Source of the DNA: Pocillopora damicornis
Lineage: Eukaryota
Direction: 5' to 3'
Assembly (NCBI RefSeq): GCF_003704095.1
Contig: NW_020844363.1
Span: forward strand, 682,001-746,000
DNA: 64,000 nt
The notes under the pieces are model-generated. The model saw nothing but the letters and a program-made list of their open reading frames with translations. It had not been told where the DNA came from and searched no databases. Positions 1 through 13,900 of this stretch are shown in pieces (the first letter of the stretch is position 1; the number at the start of each line of letters is the position of its first letter). The position numbers and the translations under genes were made by a program.

Positions 1-1611
1 TGGGTTTTAATGACTTTCTGTAGCTTCCACGGTTTTCCTTTGTTCATGCTGACTGATGTTTAAGTAAATGTGAAGCATAGAACTAAATTCGACTGTAAAT
101 CAGGGTTACAGTTAAATTGCTTTTAAATCTTAATTTTGAGACTTATTCCTTTTTTTTTCCTAAGAATCCATCAAAAATAAAAACCCGGAAGGTTTGTCGC
201 AGTCGCAATGAAACGAACTTCAATTCCTGTTTGACTTTAAAAGGATGTGAAATATAAGAGTTTAAAAAAAACAAAGACGCCTTAGAATAATATATAGCGA
301 TGCCACTTTTTCAATAGAAGCACCTGTAATTTAGCTTGTTTTTATGTTCGCAGTGCGCCGAAATTAAAATAAGATCGATCTACATTAATATTCAATGCAG
401 CGCCTTACAGTTTGACACAAGAATATGTTTCTTTTGTTGGGGTTTCAAAAGAATTTTCCCGCCTTTACAGCACCTAAGTTTGTTTCTCATACAAAAATAT
501 CAAAAGTCATTTACAAATGGTAATTTTTTTGCGAATTTAAAGCTACTGTTGTGAGATCATCTTTCTATGACGAACATTTGTCGAACAGCCGTAAACAGAA
601 CTATAGTTGCTTTGGATTAAAAAAAAAAAAAAAAAAAAAGCACAAGCTGGATTTGTGTTCATTATTTTATTTTGTTTATGCCCTCCAAAAATTTCATTTG
701 CGAAAGTTGGCACTATGATAACTCACAGCGAGAGAGAAATACGATTCTTTTTTTAGACAAAAACACGTTGCTAAAAACACGTTGCTTAGACCCGAAATGC
801 GGTCTAAAGTATTCCTTACCTACGCTTGGTTGTTTCAGTTGCCGTGACGTGTTCTTTTGACAGCTGTAGTCGTTTAAAAGAACTGTCTTGTCAATTTCTA
901 ATGATATTTGCCGTCTATACGCCCCTGCCTTGAACTAATATTTTACTCTTTCTTTTGAAATATAGGTATAAATTTGTAAAACTCTCGACTAAATTTTTTC
1001 ATTGCTTTAAATGGACGATACCATACCTTAAGACGATGGCAGAATTTAGATAGTTTGACTCGGCTGCCTGAAAACTCAATCGTGGTAATATTACCGAGCG
1101 AGGTTAAGTATTGGTCAGCCTGCGTGATGTACCAGATTCTCGTTTAGAAATGATTTTAAAGCTTTATTTTCCTGTGATTTTTTAGGGTAAGCTTGGTGAT
1201 TATTTGCGTCAGAAGAAGAAATTGGGGTGTGTTGTAAATAAACGTGTTAGCACATCATTACGCTGTATAACTCTGCGGTTTTTTTGGCAATTTGACGCGC
1301 TAAATTTCGTCGAGAGTTAGTAATTTATGAAATTCTTAATACTGCTGAACAAACCCAAAATGCGCTGATGACTTTCAAGTTTGGCACCTTAATTGTCTTT
1401 GGAAAGCAAACACACAGTCGTAAAACTGAAGGTGTTAAACTTGAGTGAAATTTTAAAGCTCTGCCTACCAATAAAATTCATACCGCTTTTTCAGTTCACA
1501 CCAAGTTTTCGTGGCATCTTCGCAAGAATTTTTGGATTTGTTATTTTTTCGCAACATTTTTTCTTGGCATATTTATATCACTTGTAATTTCACAAGGAAA
1601 AATAAATTATT

Positions 1612-1669
1612 AAAATTTTAAATTTAAACCAGTTTTAAAATTTTTAATTTAAACCAGTTTTAAAATTTT
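1612..1669. repeat. AT-rich ~25-bp tandem repeat
   Basis: Two copies of AATTTAAACCAGTTTTAAAATTTTT. Confidence 0.7.
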
Positions 1670-2269
1670 TGGACAATGTTCATAAAAGTTTTCCTTTATC
1701 GCAAATTAGCATTAGTATCTTTCTATTGGCTTGTCTCCATGCGAAGTTCCTGCTGGTTTCTGAAATCTGCCAACCATTGAAAAAAACAATTGTATTGCCA
1801 AATATTGTCCTGCAAATGACAAAACATTAAAAAAATAAGAATTGGTGAACAGTTCCAGCAGAGATTCTCAAAAGAAGGATATGGAAAAAAAGGGGGAGAC
1901 GACACGGTTGTTATTGGCGTTTAAATATCTCAATAATGATTTTTTTAATTCTATGGAAGCTGCAAGGGCCATTTCCAAGGAATCTTTCTCTTTAATGCGA
2001 CTTAGGAAAGAAAAGTTCACCTTGCGATATACAGCACATTCTCAGTGCCATTTCAAAAGCTAGAAAGCAAATCAAACTATGAAATTAGTTTTTCTGATCC
2101 AAACCGCCATTTTTAGACGCATTTTGCAACAAAGAATGACATATTCAAACAATAAGCACATTCGGTTTGCCTGCCTAACACAAGTAATCAACAGTTAAGA
2201 TCTCCCGCCTCGAATTTGACTGCTGGGTGCAAATTAATATAAAAGTCCTGAAATGTGTCAGATACATCT

Positions 2270-2948
2270 TATTTTGAGGTCGGACTTGTTAGGATGTTTA
2301 TATGTTCGGTCGGATAAGTTCCAGTCAAAACATTTTTCTTCTGCAGTGCGATCTAATTCGTTTAAAGAAAAAAAATGAAGACGAAAACTGCCTTCTTTTC
2401 ATTTTCCCGCAAGTTTGCCAGCCTCGACCACTTTGCCAACCAAAGTTTTCCTATTTTGTTTACTGCAGTGAATTGAACGTGGATCTAAATTTCCGTTTCG
2501 AATGTCTCACGCCTGTGAAAACAGAAATAAATTCTGGTATCAATTCCTTTCAATATTAAACTGCGTCTTTTATTCCACATAGGTTGTGCGAGCCTAAAGA
2601 AAAAAATAAGACGAGAACTGCCTCTTTATATTTTGAGGTCGGACTTGTTATGATGTTTAGATGTTCGGTCGAATAAGTTCCAGTCAAAACACTTTTCTTC
2701 TGCGGTGCGATCTAATTCGTTTAAAGAAAAAAAATGAAGACGAAAATTGCCTTCTTTTTATTTTCCCGCAAGTTTGTCAGCCTCGACTACTCTGCCAACC
2801 AAAGTTTTCTTATTTTGGACACTGCAGTGAATTGATCGTGGCTTTAAAGTTCCTTTTCGAATGTCTCATGCCTGTGGCAAAAAAAAATTCTGATTTCGAT
2901 TCCTTCTAATATTAAACGGCATTTTTATTTCACATAGGTTGTGCAAGT
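2270..2948 (+). repeat. Tandem duplication, period ~359 bp
   Basis: Copies 2270-2592 and 2629-2948 align end to end (both start TATTTTGAGGTCGGACTTGTTA and end CACATAGGTTGTGC); this explains the near-identical ORFs 2302-2559 and 2661-2909. Confidence 0.92.
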
Positions 2949-4448
2949 GCAAATGACACCCAATCCAAGTCCACGATCGTCTCCAGCCCCCTCACCAGTC
3001 CCGGTGGAGCAAGAGGAACATTCTCATGTCCGAGAGGAGCCTACTTTAGAGATAAATGAAAAAAATTTTTCATCTACTCCTAAAGGCAAGCCTACTAACG
3101 GTAACCACTTGATAAACAATGATCTTCCTCCTGTAGAAGTCTTGGAAAAAAACGCGTCGATGTTGAATGGATTTGCTAACCATGCAGCAGAAAGGACTAT
3201 TACTTGTTCAGAAAACGAAACGCTTGAAATGAAGCAGCCTGCGCCTATAAATAGGTAGCAAGGAAGGATATGTGCAAGGATAAAACAAGCAAATCATCTG
3301 CAGGTAAAGTCGGCGATATGATCACATGGGTGTCTAACACCCAGAACAGATCAGGCAATCGGAATCAGAGGAGCAAATCACGTGCCGGACACATGAGTGC
3401 AACTCAACCCAGTCCCTCCTGCCAGAAGGGCGCAGCCATTCAACCACAACAGTTTGCTTCCGAGCGTCGACCGTGCAAGTATAAACTGCAGCAGTCAAAC
3501 TGGCGTTTTACCATCGCAGAGCAGATATAAGTCATCCTCACCGCGCAGCATGAAGAAATATGCAACCCTCTGAAGAGCCCCCTCAGGAAAATTCCCTAGA
3601 AAATGAACAAAAAGTAAATGATAGAGAGCACAGGTGTTGATAGACCAGAGTTTTAAACAAGAAAAATTTGTCCGAGGACTCGTTTTAGAGCTTTCTCAAG
3701 TTTTGAGCTAAAACTTACAGCAAGGAAGAAATCTCCCAGAAGACAATTTTGCAGATATTTTTCTTTTCCATCCCTTCACATTCTGAGAAGGAAATGCAAT
3801 CATTTTGTTCGGTTGACCCATTTTTAAACTAGATTGTACTGCATTGATAATGCTCACGATGCATCGAACAGTCAAGTCGGTGTTCTGAGGCACGAGGAAC
3901 AGCATTAATCAAAGCTGACTTTCTCTTGCTCTATGCAGCAGTTTAAAAATTGGATGACTCGAAACGAGCATAATTCGCCGCCGATCGAAGACAGGTCCTG
4001 ACACAGTTTCACGCACAAACATTAAGAAAATTTTTGCGTCACGTTTTCTTTGAACAGTATTTCATTCGTCACGTGAGGGAAAACTTCAAATATCACCTTA
4101 CCTTGCCCTTCTGAAAAATTTACGCGTCGTGCGTTAATTTTGGGCTCAATCATAACCATTACAATTTCCTCAAATGTGGTTTTTGCATTAACTATGTACA
4201 GTTGTAATCGGACAGTGTAATCAGACGGTTGGCTGTAAACGGACACCTGTAATCGGACAGTTGAAGCAGCCAAACTAAATCCACCAATCACAGAATTGAT
4301 CACAATAACCATAGCAACAACCACTGATCCTAAAAATAAAAAAAAAACAGGAATTTTCAAAAGAGAGAAATTTTTACTTTAGACATTGTCTCTACCAGAG
4401 AATTTCGTCCTAAATGTATTTATTTATTTCGGAAATTGTAACAGTTAT

Positions 4449-4472
4449 GATTAATTGGTAACAGGAGTTTGT

Positions 4473-4503
<31 letters not shown>

Positions 4504-4608
4504 GGTTAACAAATCAGGCTTCCGCTTCGCGGTCGTCCCATTTTGTTAATCACTGGTATGATTACAGACCGAATTGGACTCTACTTGTTCCTATTACCAT
4601 CATTAATC
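4449..4608. mobile_element. Palindromic MITE-like element
   Basis: Perfect 24-bp inverted repeat GTCCAATTCGGTCTGTAATCATAC (4476-4499 / 4556-4579) with further outer and inner pairing; related copies at 19262-19417 and 63622-63791. Confidence 0.8.
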
Positions 4609-5227
4609 AAACTTCACGTGAAAACCCTTTGCAACCTTCACCAAAGGCTCGGATCGGTTGACTGAATGTCATGCTCATAATTTGCGCTTTCTGAAAGAAG
4701 GCCGAGAGCATTGTATTCTAAGATCAAGAAACGCTCTTTTCTACTCGATAATTAGCAAATCCTGCAGTCTTTAGCACAGATTTCGATTTCGTCAATCAAT
4801 GAAATACCCAGTAAGGTTTTTTAAGGTTATTTTTATCGATTATTTATTATTACCAAAAAACATGCACCTTAGCGTTTTACGAAATGACTTGCGGTACCCA
4901 AAAAACAATTTGTAATAGATTTTGTTGTAATTAGAATGTTAATATTATTTGTAAATATATAGTAACCAAATCGAAAGAGTTCTGAAGAATATTAATTAAA
5001 TAAGAAATTACTAAAAAAAAGAATAGTCTTATTTATGAAAATACGGAAAAACAAATCTCAATTACTTGATTATGACCTGAAAGTAATTGATTATTCAGCT
5101 GTAAGTAAAAAGGGAGATACTTTCGTAAATAAAATCCAACCAATCGTATGTTGCCTTCTTTTTCGCGCGGGGCATGCGCATACTGCACGCTGAACCAAGA
5201 TAGAGAAGGAAGGAACTCTGTATAGTA

Positions 5228-5295
5228 ATCTCGTACCCAGATCCTACCGTGTTACTGTAACTGGCTTGACTATGGAATGAGTGGGTACGAGACTA
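5228..5295. repeat. Short inverted-repeat element
   Basis: CTCGTACCCA (5230-5239) and TGGGTACGAG (5282-5291) flank a ~40-bp spacer. Confidence 0.55.
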
Positions 5296-6649
5296 GCTGT
5301 CTAGATACATGCCGTCCTAAGAAAGAGCCGTTTTGGCTCAAAATTGGGTACAGATTTTGATCACTGGTTTTCAACGGAACCGCAAGAACGTAGAAACGTT
5401 ACGTTTTTGTCTTTTCAACTCCAAATGATTCATGTAGGAGGAGAAATAACCAAAATATGTCATTCGAGCTAAATTTTCGGGTGAATTTGACTTATCCTTA
5501 ATTTCAGTTCTCGTTCCTATTTTGAAGGTGGCCATAAATGTTGGATTAGAGGAGGATGTCATCAAAAAATGTTTGGTCGCAGAAGAAAATGCAACAGATC
5601 ATCAAAAAGCGTGGCTTGTTAGTTTCTGGATATGGATCTACTTAAGACTTGCCTCTTAGTTTAAACAAAATCAAGTTGATTCTAAGGCTGGTACCTGGAG
5701 CTGGATGGCGACCTTTTCTGTAAAATAAATTTTAACCAATAGGGCTATACATCAGCACAAAAATATTGAGCCACTCCTTCTAAAAACAGCTTTGCTGACT
5801 AAAATCGAGAGAATATAAACTGCGCTAAAATCCATCATGAGTAAAACCCGGCTACATGTATACACCAAGCAAACTGATTCTCCTCTCTCCCCAGTTCGAG
5901 GATGTAAATTGGTCCACTAGCACCTTCGATGAGAGGGTAGGGATGCTAGTTGTTGCGAAATCACCGACATGGAATCAAGTATCCTGCGATGTAAAATATC
6001 TCAATAAGTTTTAATCTGGTTGTAGCTTTCTTCGCGACCACCTTTGTAATAGGTGAAGAGAGTACAAGGTACTTCATCCCCTCTTGAATAAGGATGAATA
6101 AGCACCCAAATAAGCACCTGTTCAGTTTCGCGACGATAGCGGCAATCGCAGGCAACAATGATAAACAACTTCCCAAAAGCTTTGAATCCCTCAAGTTGAA
6201 AGCTGCGCTTCAGTCAGCTGAAAAGAGGCTGTTGTGGATTGGTAACGCAGCATTTTGCGTTATAAATCGAGGGGGTGTGCCTCTTCGCGAGTCGGGGGGC
6301 TGTGGGCGAAGGGCAAAAAAGGGGATAGGAGTAGGTGCTCATTCCAAGGGATACGCTTTTTCTCAAATTTGACTTCAAATGTGCGTTTGCTGCTTTGAAA
6401 TGAGGCTTAGACCGTCTACAAGATGCTCCAAATTCTTAAAAGGGATTCTCTGAAAGTTACTTGAAAGGTGTGCTAAACGGTATAAAAGTTGCCCAGCAAT
6501 TTTCTGTAATGGCTTGCTAAAATTATTTAAACTTCCCGTTGTTCTTTAGTATTACCCAGCCAAACAACAAATTCTATGACTGATTAATTTCTATACGAAA
6601 AGTGTTGATCATCTTCTCTATACCCCTGGTGCGTACCTATCATACCATT

Positions 6650-6880
6650 TAACCGGAAATCTGCTTAGTTTTCTTTCGTCCTCTCGTCCTCTCGTCTTCT
6701 CGTAAAACTTGGTCACCTGATCAACGAGACTTCCGCTGATTAACATGCAAATTTATGGATATGGATGCGACCTTTTCAAAACTTCAACTCCACAGTAGAC
6801 AATTAAGCAAAACTTGAAACGAAAAGTAGTCTGAAAGGAGCTTTTAGTCGTTGGTTTTCTGTTACACGATATAGGTGAGT
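6650..6880 (+). promoter_or_regulatory. Putative promoter / non-coding first exon of the RAPGEF gene
   Basis: ETS-like CCGGAAAT (~6653-6660), a pyrimidine-rich (TCGTCCTC)n tract and a consensus donor AG|GTGAGT at 6874/6875 upstream of the ATG exon; YY1-like CCGCCATTTT at 7715-7724. No transcript evidence. Confidence 0.35.
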
Positions 6881-7970
6881 TATCTGTTTCTCTCTTCGTT
6901 AAACAGGCACGGAAAACGTTTCGCCACATCGACGATTCTTTTGGTATGGAGGAAATGTTTTGTGGCTGTCTTTAATTTCTAGGAATAATTTCTGTGTGGA
7001 GGCCATTTCATCGATTACATTAATGTGGGCTGCTAATATTACTTATATCTCCGTAAAAATTGATCAAATTGGGAAGTTTTTATGGACAAGTTGGAGCTTT
7101 AGTGCTTTTCGTGACTAAAATAATCGATCAAATGTTCTTACCATTCGTTTATTCTAGCCAATTTTGCTTACTCTGATATTTATGTTTTATATTTATACCA
7201 GACTTGTGAAATAGAGAGGTCGTGAACAGATGTATAGTGTCTTTCCTCAACCGGCTTAGACGAAAAACCGGCAGAAAATCTATTTGTAATCTTGTGTCTT
7301 CAAAGATCGAGAGGGATTTTGCGTGAATCAAACGACTTGCTCGGATGAACACAGTGTATTTGACGTATGCTGTGCTTTTCTTCTGTATGAGAGGAAGCCG
7401 CCAGAATTTCAAAATTGAACATCGCATCAAGAGTTTTTTCCTTGCTTGATTTGGCTCAGTATTCTACTGTGTACTACTGTGATACGCGAGAATTAAGTGT
7501 GCTGTTGATTTTATCTTCTGCTTAGAAGACATCTGTTGGAGGAAACAGCGACTGTTCAAGGGAACCTAAACGAGTTCGACAAAGAAATATCTGGACTGAA
7601 TTCAAGTAACCAGGATTTTTGACTGCCCATTACATTTGGTGTGATTAAACTGGAGACAAGAGGCTGGTATAATCCACAACGACAACGCTTGATCTAATCT
7701 GGGCTATTTACACACCGCCATTTTGTTAGCCGCGAAATGTAAATACGCTAACTTGTTATGTACGAGTTGTGCAGACGGATAGTGAATTATAGTCTTTCAT
7801 TTCCTCGTTGGAATGCAAGAATTTTCGTGCATTGAATTCAAAGCTCCTATAATCACGTATGGCTTCGTTCTGCGAGGAAGCAATTCTTAAGCTGACTGTT
7901 TTTCCAAGAAGAGATTTAATACCAACCGGTTGAACAACATTTTTCATTTCGTCGACATATTTGAAGCAAG

Positions 7971-10900
7971 ATGACCACGGCTTTTGGTGAAAGTAACTTG
8001 AACAATAATTTACAGTTTATAAACTGCCTTCAAAAGCCCCTAGAACAGCGAACACAAGCGGTAAGTAAGACAAAACTGTTTGTTTTAGATCTTGTGCAAT
8101 ATGATCCGTGAAATCGACAACTTTGCAAATCACGTTGATTTGAATAGTTGTCAATTTCACAACGTGAATAGTGTTTTGTAATTTTCCATTTTAAGACGAC
8201 AAAAATACTTCGAGTTGGTATTTGATTTTAAAAAGCGTAGACAATGAATCATAGATTTTAGGCTTGTCATTTTGCATTGTATATACGTTAAAATTATTCT
8301 CAGATACACTCGGAATGACGCTGAACCGAACTAAATGAAATTCGTTAATTCGTTTTCAAGTGTGTTTTGAGGAATAAATAAAGCTTGATATAGAAGCTTT
8401 AATCTTACATTCGATTCTGCATTGCATTTAAAAAACCCGTATTTCTTTGTCTGGATTTATACCTGCAAGCAGAAAACGTAAGCCGGTTCCTCAACTGTAC
8501 ATGTTGAAATGTTTTTCATGTGTTGCTTAATTGTGTGGTCAATCGTGTATGGTATGCACTGATCACATTTAACCATAGATTCATTAGGCTCATTGCCAGT
8601 CTAATTTTTATATCATTTATGTTTTGTTCTATTAATGGTTAAGTAGATTTGCTAAGAATTAAGACAAAGCTTTCTTTAGGATGCAATTAGTTGTCCAATG
8701 TTTCTGTGTTATTACTGCAAGTGTCAAACATTTCCCTTGAAGTAGCTTTACTTTGCTTGATATCTAATACTTAAGAATCTTTCACTGAAATATTTATGTC
8801 ACAAGCTTACCTTGTGCTTAATTAATTAAGCAAGTGTGATGATTTGGTTTCATAAAATTCACAGACCTAAATTTAATGATGCTACAGGTTTAGCACCATG
8901 CACATTATGTGCTTCAGATATCAAGATTGAAAACTTTTGCCATTAGAGTACATCACACCTGCTTTCTTGTGTGTGGTTTTACATGTCCAGCACAATTTTT
9001 TGTTATCTACTGTCTTGATGATCATTGAAATGACATTATAAATGTTAAAAATGATACTGAGGGACAAAGTGTAGCACAGAATACAGACAGTAAAAGATTG
9101 CAATTTAATTACAATAGTGACACTCAAACATGCATTTATATCCAAAATTGTGGGTAACCATGAAGGATTTTGAGAGGATAAAAGGTCTTCAACATACACA
9201 CACACTTAAAAAAAAACAATAGCAAAACAATTATGAGTAAGAATTGCCAAAAACACAATGCAGTTTTTATTACCTTTGATTCTGTTGCAGATAGTTTCCC
9301 CTTGATTATAGTTGGGTACTTTTTCCATTAAAGATTGTGTAGCTCTACATTTTAAGATTTTAGAAGATTTTAAGGTTTTTCGCTGTTTACAAGTACTCTT
9401 CAGCCCAGTCTCAGCCCACAAAATTAAGACTGGACAAATCATACTTGCAAAAGTCTGCTAATAAAAACTTCGGGTGCTTTTGCTGCATGATATGATGCCA
9501 CAATAATGGCTCTTGATATATGACTTCATGAGAAATTCTTCAGTTTCTCTTAAGTGGTGCTTTGATCCAAAGTGATCTTCACTTTGAATAAAATAGAAAT
9601 ATGTATGTCAGGAGGGGGGGTGGGATAGGGATTGAGTGTAAGATTGTATTTGTTTGCATGAATCTCTCTTTTATTTACACTGTTCAATTGAAACTGGTTT
9701 AAATGGAGTCTTTTAGTACAAATTTAACATTAATTTGATATTTTAAGATTTATGTATGTAATATGATTTTATATTAATTATTATAAGTGGTTGATTTAAA
9801 TAATAATGTTTATTATATGGCAAGGTGGTTTTGAGGTAAATATGAGTGTTGTAATTGGTTCTTACCTGGTATGTATTTTATTAGATGGTTGGTCCAAACT
9901 GTTAGGACCTCAGTGCAGCCCTTGTGCTCAGTTAGTTTGAAGTATTAGTGATTCATGTGATTTCCCTTTTCTGTCCTAAGGATGTGGAGACAATTTTTTG
10001 TTATTTGTGGGGGATGCAGGCAGTGGCTGGTCTGTCAGAGTCAGCTGTAAGGTCAGTACTATGAGAGGATAAATAACACACTTTCTCAGCTTTGGCTACC
10101 CAGCAATAACTTTAAACCTTTTTGCCTTGTGGAATTTTAAAAGGCTTAGTGTAATTTGCAAAATGAATTGAAATGAAACGAAATGAAATGAAAATCTGTA
10201 ATTTGCAAAAATGGAAATATACTGATGATTTGCAAAATAGAAATTGCAAATTACAGATTTCTATTTTACATATGACAAGCATATTTCCATTTTGCAAATT
10301 ACAGATTTCTATTTTGCAAATCATTTGCATATTTCTATTTTGCAAATTACAGATTTCTAGAAATCTGTAATTTGCAAAATGGAAATATACAAGTTCTTAT
10401 CTTGATCTGACACAAAATTCTAGAAATCTGTAATTTGTGAAATGGAAATACCAGTATACAAATGATTTGCAAAATCTGCATGGTGAACTTTGCGAAATCT
10501 CTTCTACATTCATGAATATCTAAATGGGAAATCAACTAGAAATCTGTTGAATGTAACAATTCTCGATACTCATAGTCATATAGTTCCTTTGGTACTGACA
10601 AGAAGAATTTGTTTATCAATCAAAGCATTTTAGGTTGGCAATCATTTGCCTTATTCTCAAGATCTTAATGACTGATTCAGCAGTATTACTGTAAGGAGAA
10701 ATTACATGCTGGTCACTCATAGGGTTTAAAGGTTAAAAACAAGGACTTACCCCTTCAATCCCAAGAAGTGATTAACACCTAACTTCCCCCTGTGATAACT
10801 ATACATTATCCAGAAAACAGATAATGAGAATACACAGAACAAGTTGTTATCTTGATCTAATACAAAATTCTCATCACCAATTAACAAAGAAATGTGTGGC

Positions 10901-13900
10901 AGCTAGAGGGGAGAATTGACAATCAGATCTTGATAACTAAGGGCTTAGTGTAATATGTAAGAGAAAGATCTCCAGGGACCATAGATTAGTTATTTGTCAG
11001 TTACCATACTACTTTCCTAATATAATGCAAAGTGTATACTAAAAGAAAGTTTTCTATTGCTATGTAAATGTGCCCAGCAACCAAAACATCCACTGTGTTA
11101 TGTTATTAGTTCAAGTGACTGTTTACCATCTTCTCAGAATATTAATTTTTTTTCTGTCAGATTTTGAGTTAGATCTTCAGTTCTGTGTGAATAAATGTGT
11201 GTTTCACAATTTTCTCATGAGAAGTATATCTCAAAATGATTTACCCATGGCAGACAAATACCTTCCCTCTTAGCTGAAATTAAAAGAGTACTAAAACACT
11301 CTTTTGTTGAGGATCATGAAGCTGCATTAATTTTTTAACAAAAGAAAATCTAATTGACACACATGTACATAGTGCATAGTGTTACATTATTGGATCATTT
11401 GTACTTAAAGTTCTAGCCAAGTCAATGCAAAACGTCTTAATGCATTTGTTGCCCAAAACTCAATCCTAATAAAATCCTTTTCCTTGAATATCACAGGACT
11501 ATGTCAGAGACAGCAAGATATGAGGCAGAAGATTCTAACTATTTACTTTACATGTAAGTTGTTTCCTGGGCAGTAAGCAAACTGTTACACTTGTGTGCTG
11601 ATTAGAGTCTGACCTTGAATGAACTTCCTTCTGCAGAAATGAATGACAAGAGGTTTGACGTTTATTTATTGCAATCAGACTTGAGTTATGCCTCCTCTTG
11701 TTTAACAATAACATCTAACATGAAATTGATCAGCGTTTTTTTTTAGAGCAATGAGAGTGGAAATGTAACAACTGAAATTGAAGTAAATAAGTATTCTTAA
11801 GGGCTACTCTTGTGAAACAAATGAAATTTCTTTTTTATATTTTTCAATATGAGAATTTTTTGGGACTACATTGAAACATGGTAACTGAATATTAGATAAT
11901 GAAACAGTCCTATCTCTAAGCATCAAAGTCTATTACTTTTAGTAAACCTTCCATGAATTGAAGTTATTGGTAATTTTTCTGTTAACTGTAAATTATGGAC
12001 ACTTAAATTACTTTACTCATCTGCAACTGATGGATGCTAATTATTTCTATCAAGCCTTTTCGCACAACATTGAGTGGACACATAATTATTACTGTAATCA
12101 TCAGCAATGGATGGGTGCTATTTATTTCAAGCCTTTTCTAACAACTTTGATTTTTAAATGCAAGCATTTAATTGCTGGTCTTTAAAATTTTGATCATCAG
12201 GGCAGACGATATAGCATCTTGCTGGTATATTTTGTTGTCTGGTTGTGTTTTTCTGGAGGGATGCATGTATTTACCAGGAAGCAGGTATTGAAACAGTGAT
12301 ATTACTGTGCATCACTTTTTACTTCTTGTAGGTACACTGTACAGTCTACTTTATGTGTATAATTTTTATAAGTTTGAAGTAGTGTCTCCACTGAAAAGAT
12401 ACCAATTCTAAAAGTAAAAGGGTGTGTGCACTCCTGAAGGTAACTTAAATTGTATCTCACATTTCTGAATTGAGCAGTAAACAGGGTGTGTGTCAGTTAT
12501 GAACCTATCAATGGACTAGCTCAGAAGTGGTTACTCTGTAGCTCAGTGGTAAAGCATAAGAGCATGCAGTTTGTTTTGTGGGGGGGGGGGGGGAGGGGGG
12601 CTGGGGGAGACTCAGATTTCTTCACTTGACAACACTCACAATAGCTTTGTTTATGAAGCTTCCACTTATGATATGAGAATAGGAAACTTTATGAGGTTTT
12701 TATCCTGATGTTGCACTACATTCTCCTAACTTATTACATATCAGGAAGAAATACAAATCAGATCTTAAGGGTTAAAAGCTTGAGTGGAGGATCAAGTCAG
12801 TATTTATACTGTCCACCAACTTCTGAAGGGATTAAGATAACTTATAGAAGTTTGCAGTGTGCCTTTCTTCATAAACAAGACATGCGCTTAACAAAGTGTT
12901 CTTTCCTCCGATGCTTTTTTCTTCTTTAATAAAACTTCTGTAATATAGATGTCTGCGTTGTGTTGTGTGTTGCCGCAATATATGCAAAAGATTCAAGGTC
13001 CGCGTTTTTTTTGCAGTTTTGGCAAACAACCACACAATAGAAAGAGAGGCACAGATTGCCTTGTGTTGGAATACTCTGAACTGATTGTGGTAGGTCTTGT
13101 GTAATATGTTACCATATTTGCGACGTTTCCATTCGTCTCTGGCGATCCACTTGACTGCAACCAGTTAGAGTTACATACATAGGGCTTGGTCTTGTAAACC
13201 ACTGTCTCTATTTGCACTCAATAAGCTGGCCATTTAAGATTTTTTTCTCCTCAAAGAACATTCTACATATGCCTAGTCCTAATTCCCCATGTACTGAAGG
13301 CTTAGAAGCTGGCTTTCCCAACTTTCTCCAGCTGTCTAGGAAATTCTACCAGTAAATTCTAGGGAACATGCCATTACTTGACACTGCCGTGACTGACCAA
13401 GATGGTAAATCTGAGCAAAGTAAATTAAAAGAGAAATATACAAAGAAAAAAAGTTACATTTAATTTGGTCTGGTAAAAAATCTCCCAACTGTTTGTGCAG
13501 CAGACCTCAAAAAGATAAGTACTAACAAAAACGATTGTTATTATTTCTTCAACAGATTGATTTTCCAAACACGGATCTGTTCGAGCCATTTCAGCGACAC
13601 TCGTATTCCAAGAATGATTTAGAGCGTCTTCTTGCTCTGGAAACCCAGGATTACAGGATAGGAGGACCAATACCCGATGATGAACAAGTAATGATCAAAT
13701 AAAGCCACAGACACGTTTTTCCAAAAGGAAAACGTGTCAGGTCTTGTTTTTGGACGCGATCGTTCACAGTGTTCAATAACATTCCAATCATGTCAAACTA
13801 ACCAACTCCTGAAAACATTCGTCAGATTTGTTTAGTATATGTGTAGACAAAAAACAAAAGTTTAAGCACAATTAGGGAGTTCAGAACCTTAACTGCAGCA

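Larger units (their letters stand above)
966..3600 (+). pseudogene. Possible decayed exons of an unidentified gene
   Basis: Exon-like segments 966-1102 (in-frame TAA at 977-979), from 1186, and 2938-~3600 (Pro/Ser/Glu-rich ORF 2941-3258 followed by a frame-shifted ORF 3270-3530), each preceded by a polypyrimidine-AG. No family recognised. Confidence 0.3.

Noticed and set aside
5890-6372. Possible fossil of a PIN/XPG (asteroid-like) nuclease exon (FATIAAIAGNND)
   Set aside because: Only a short motif resemblance, with flanking stops and no convincing splice structure; cannot be supported without a search.
10148-10550. CRISPR-like array
   Set aside because: Eukaryotic intron, mixed orientations, no regular unique spacers and no cas genes.
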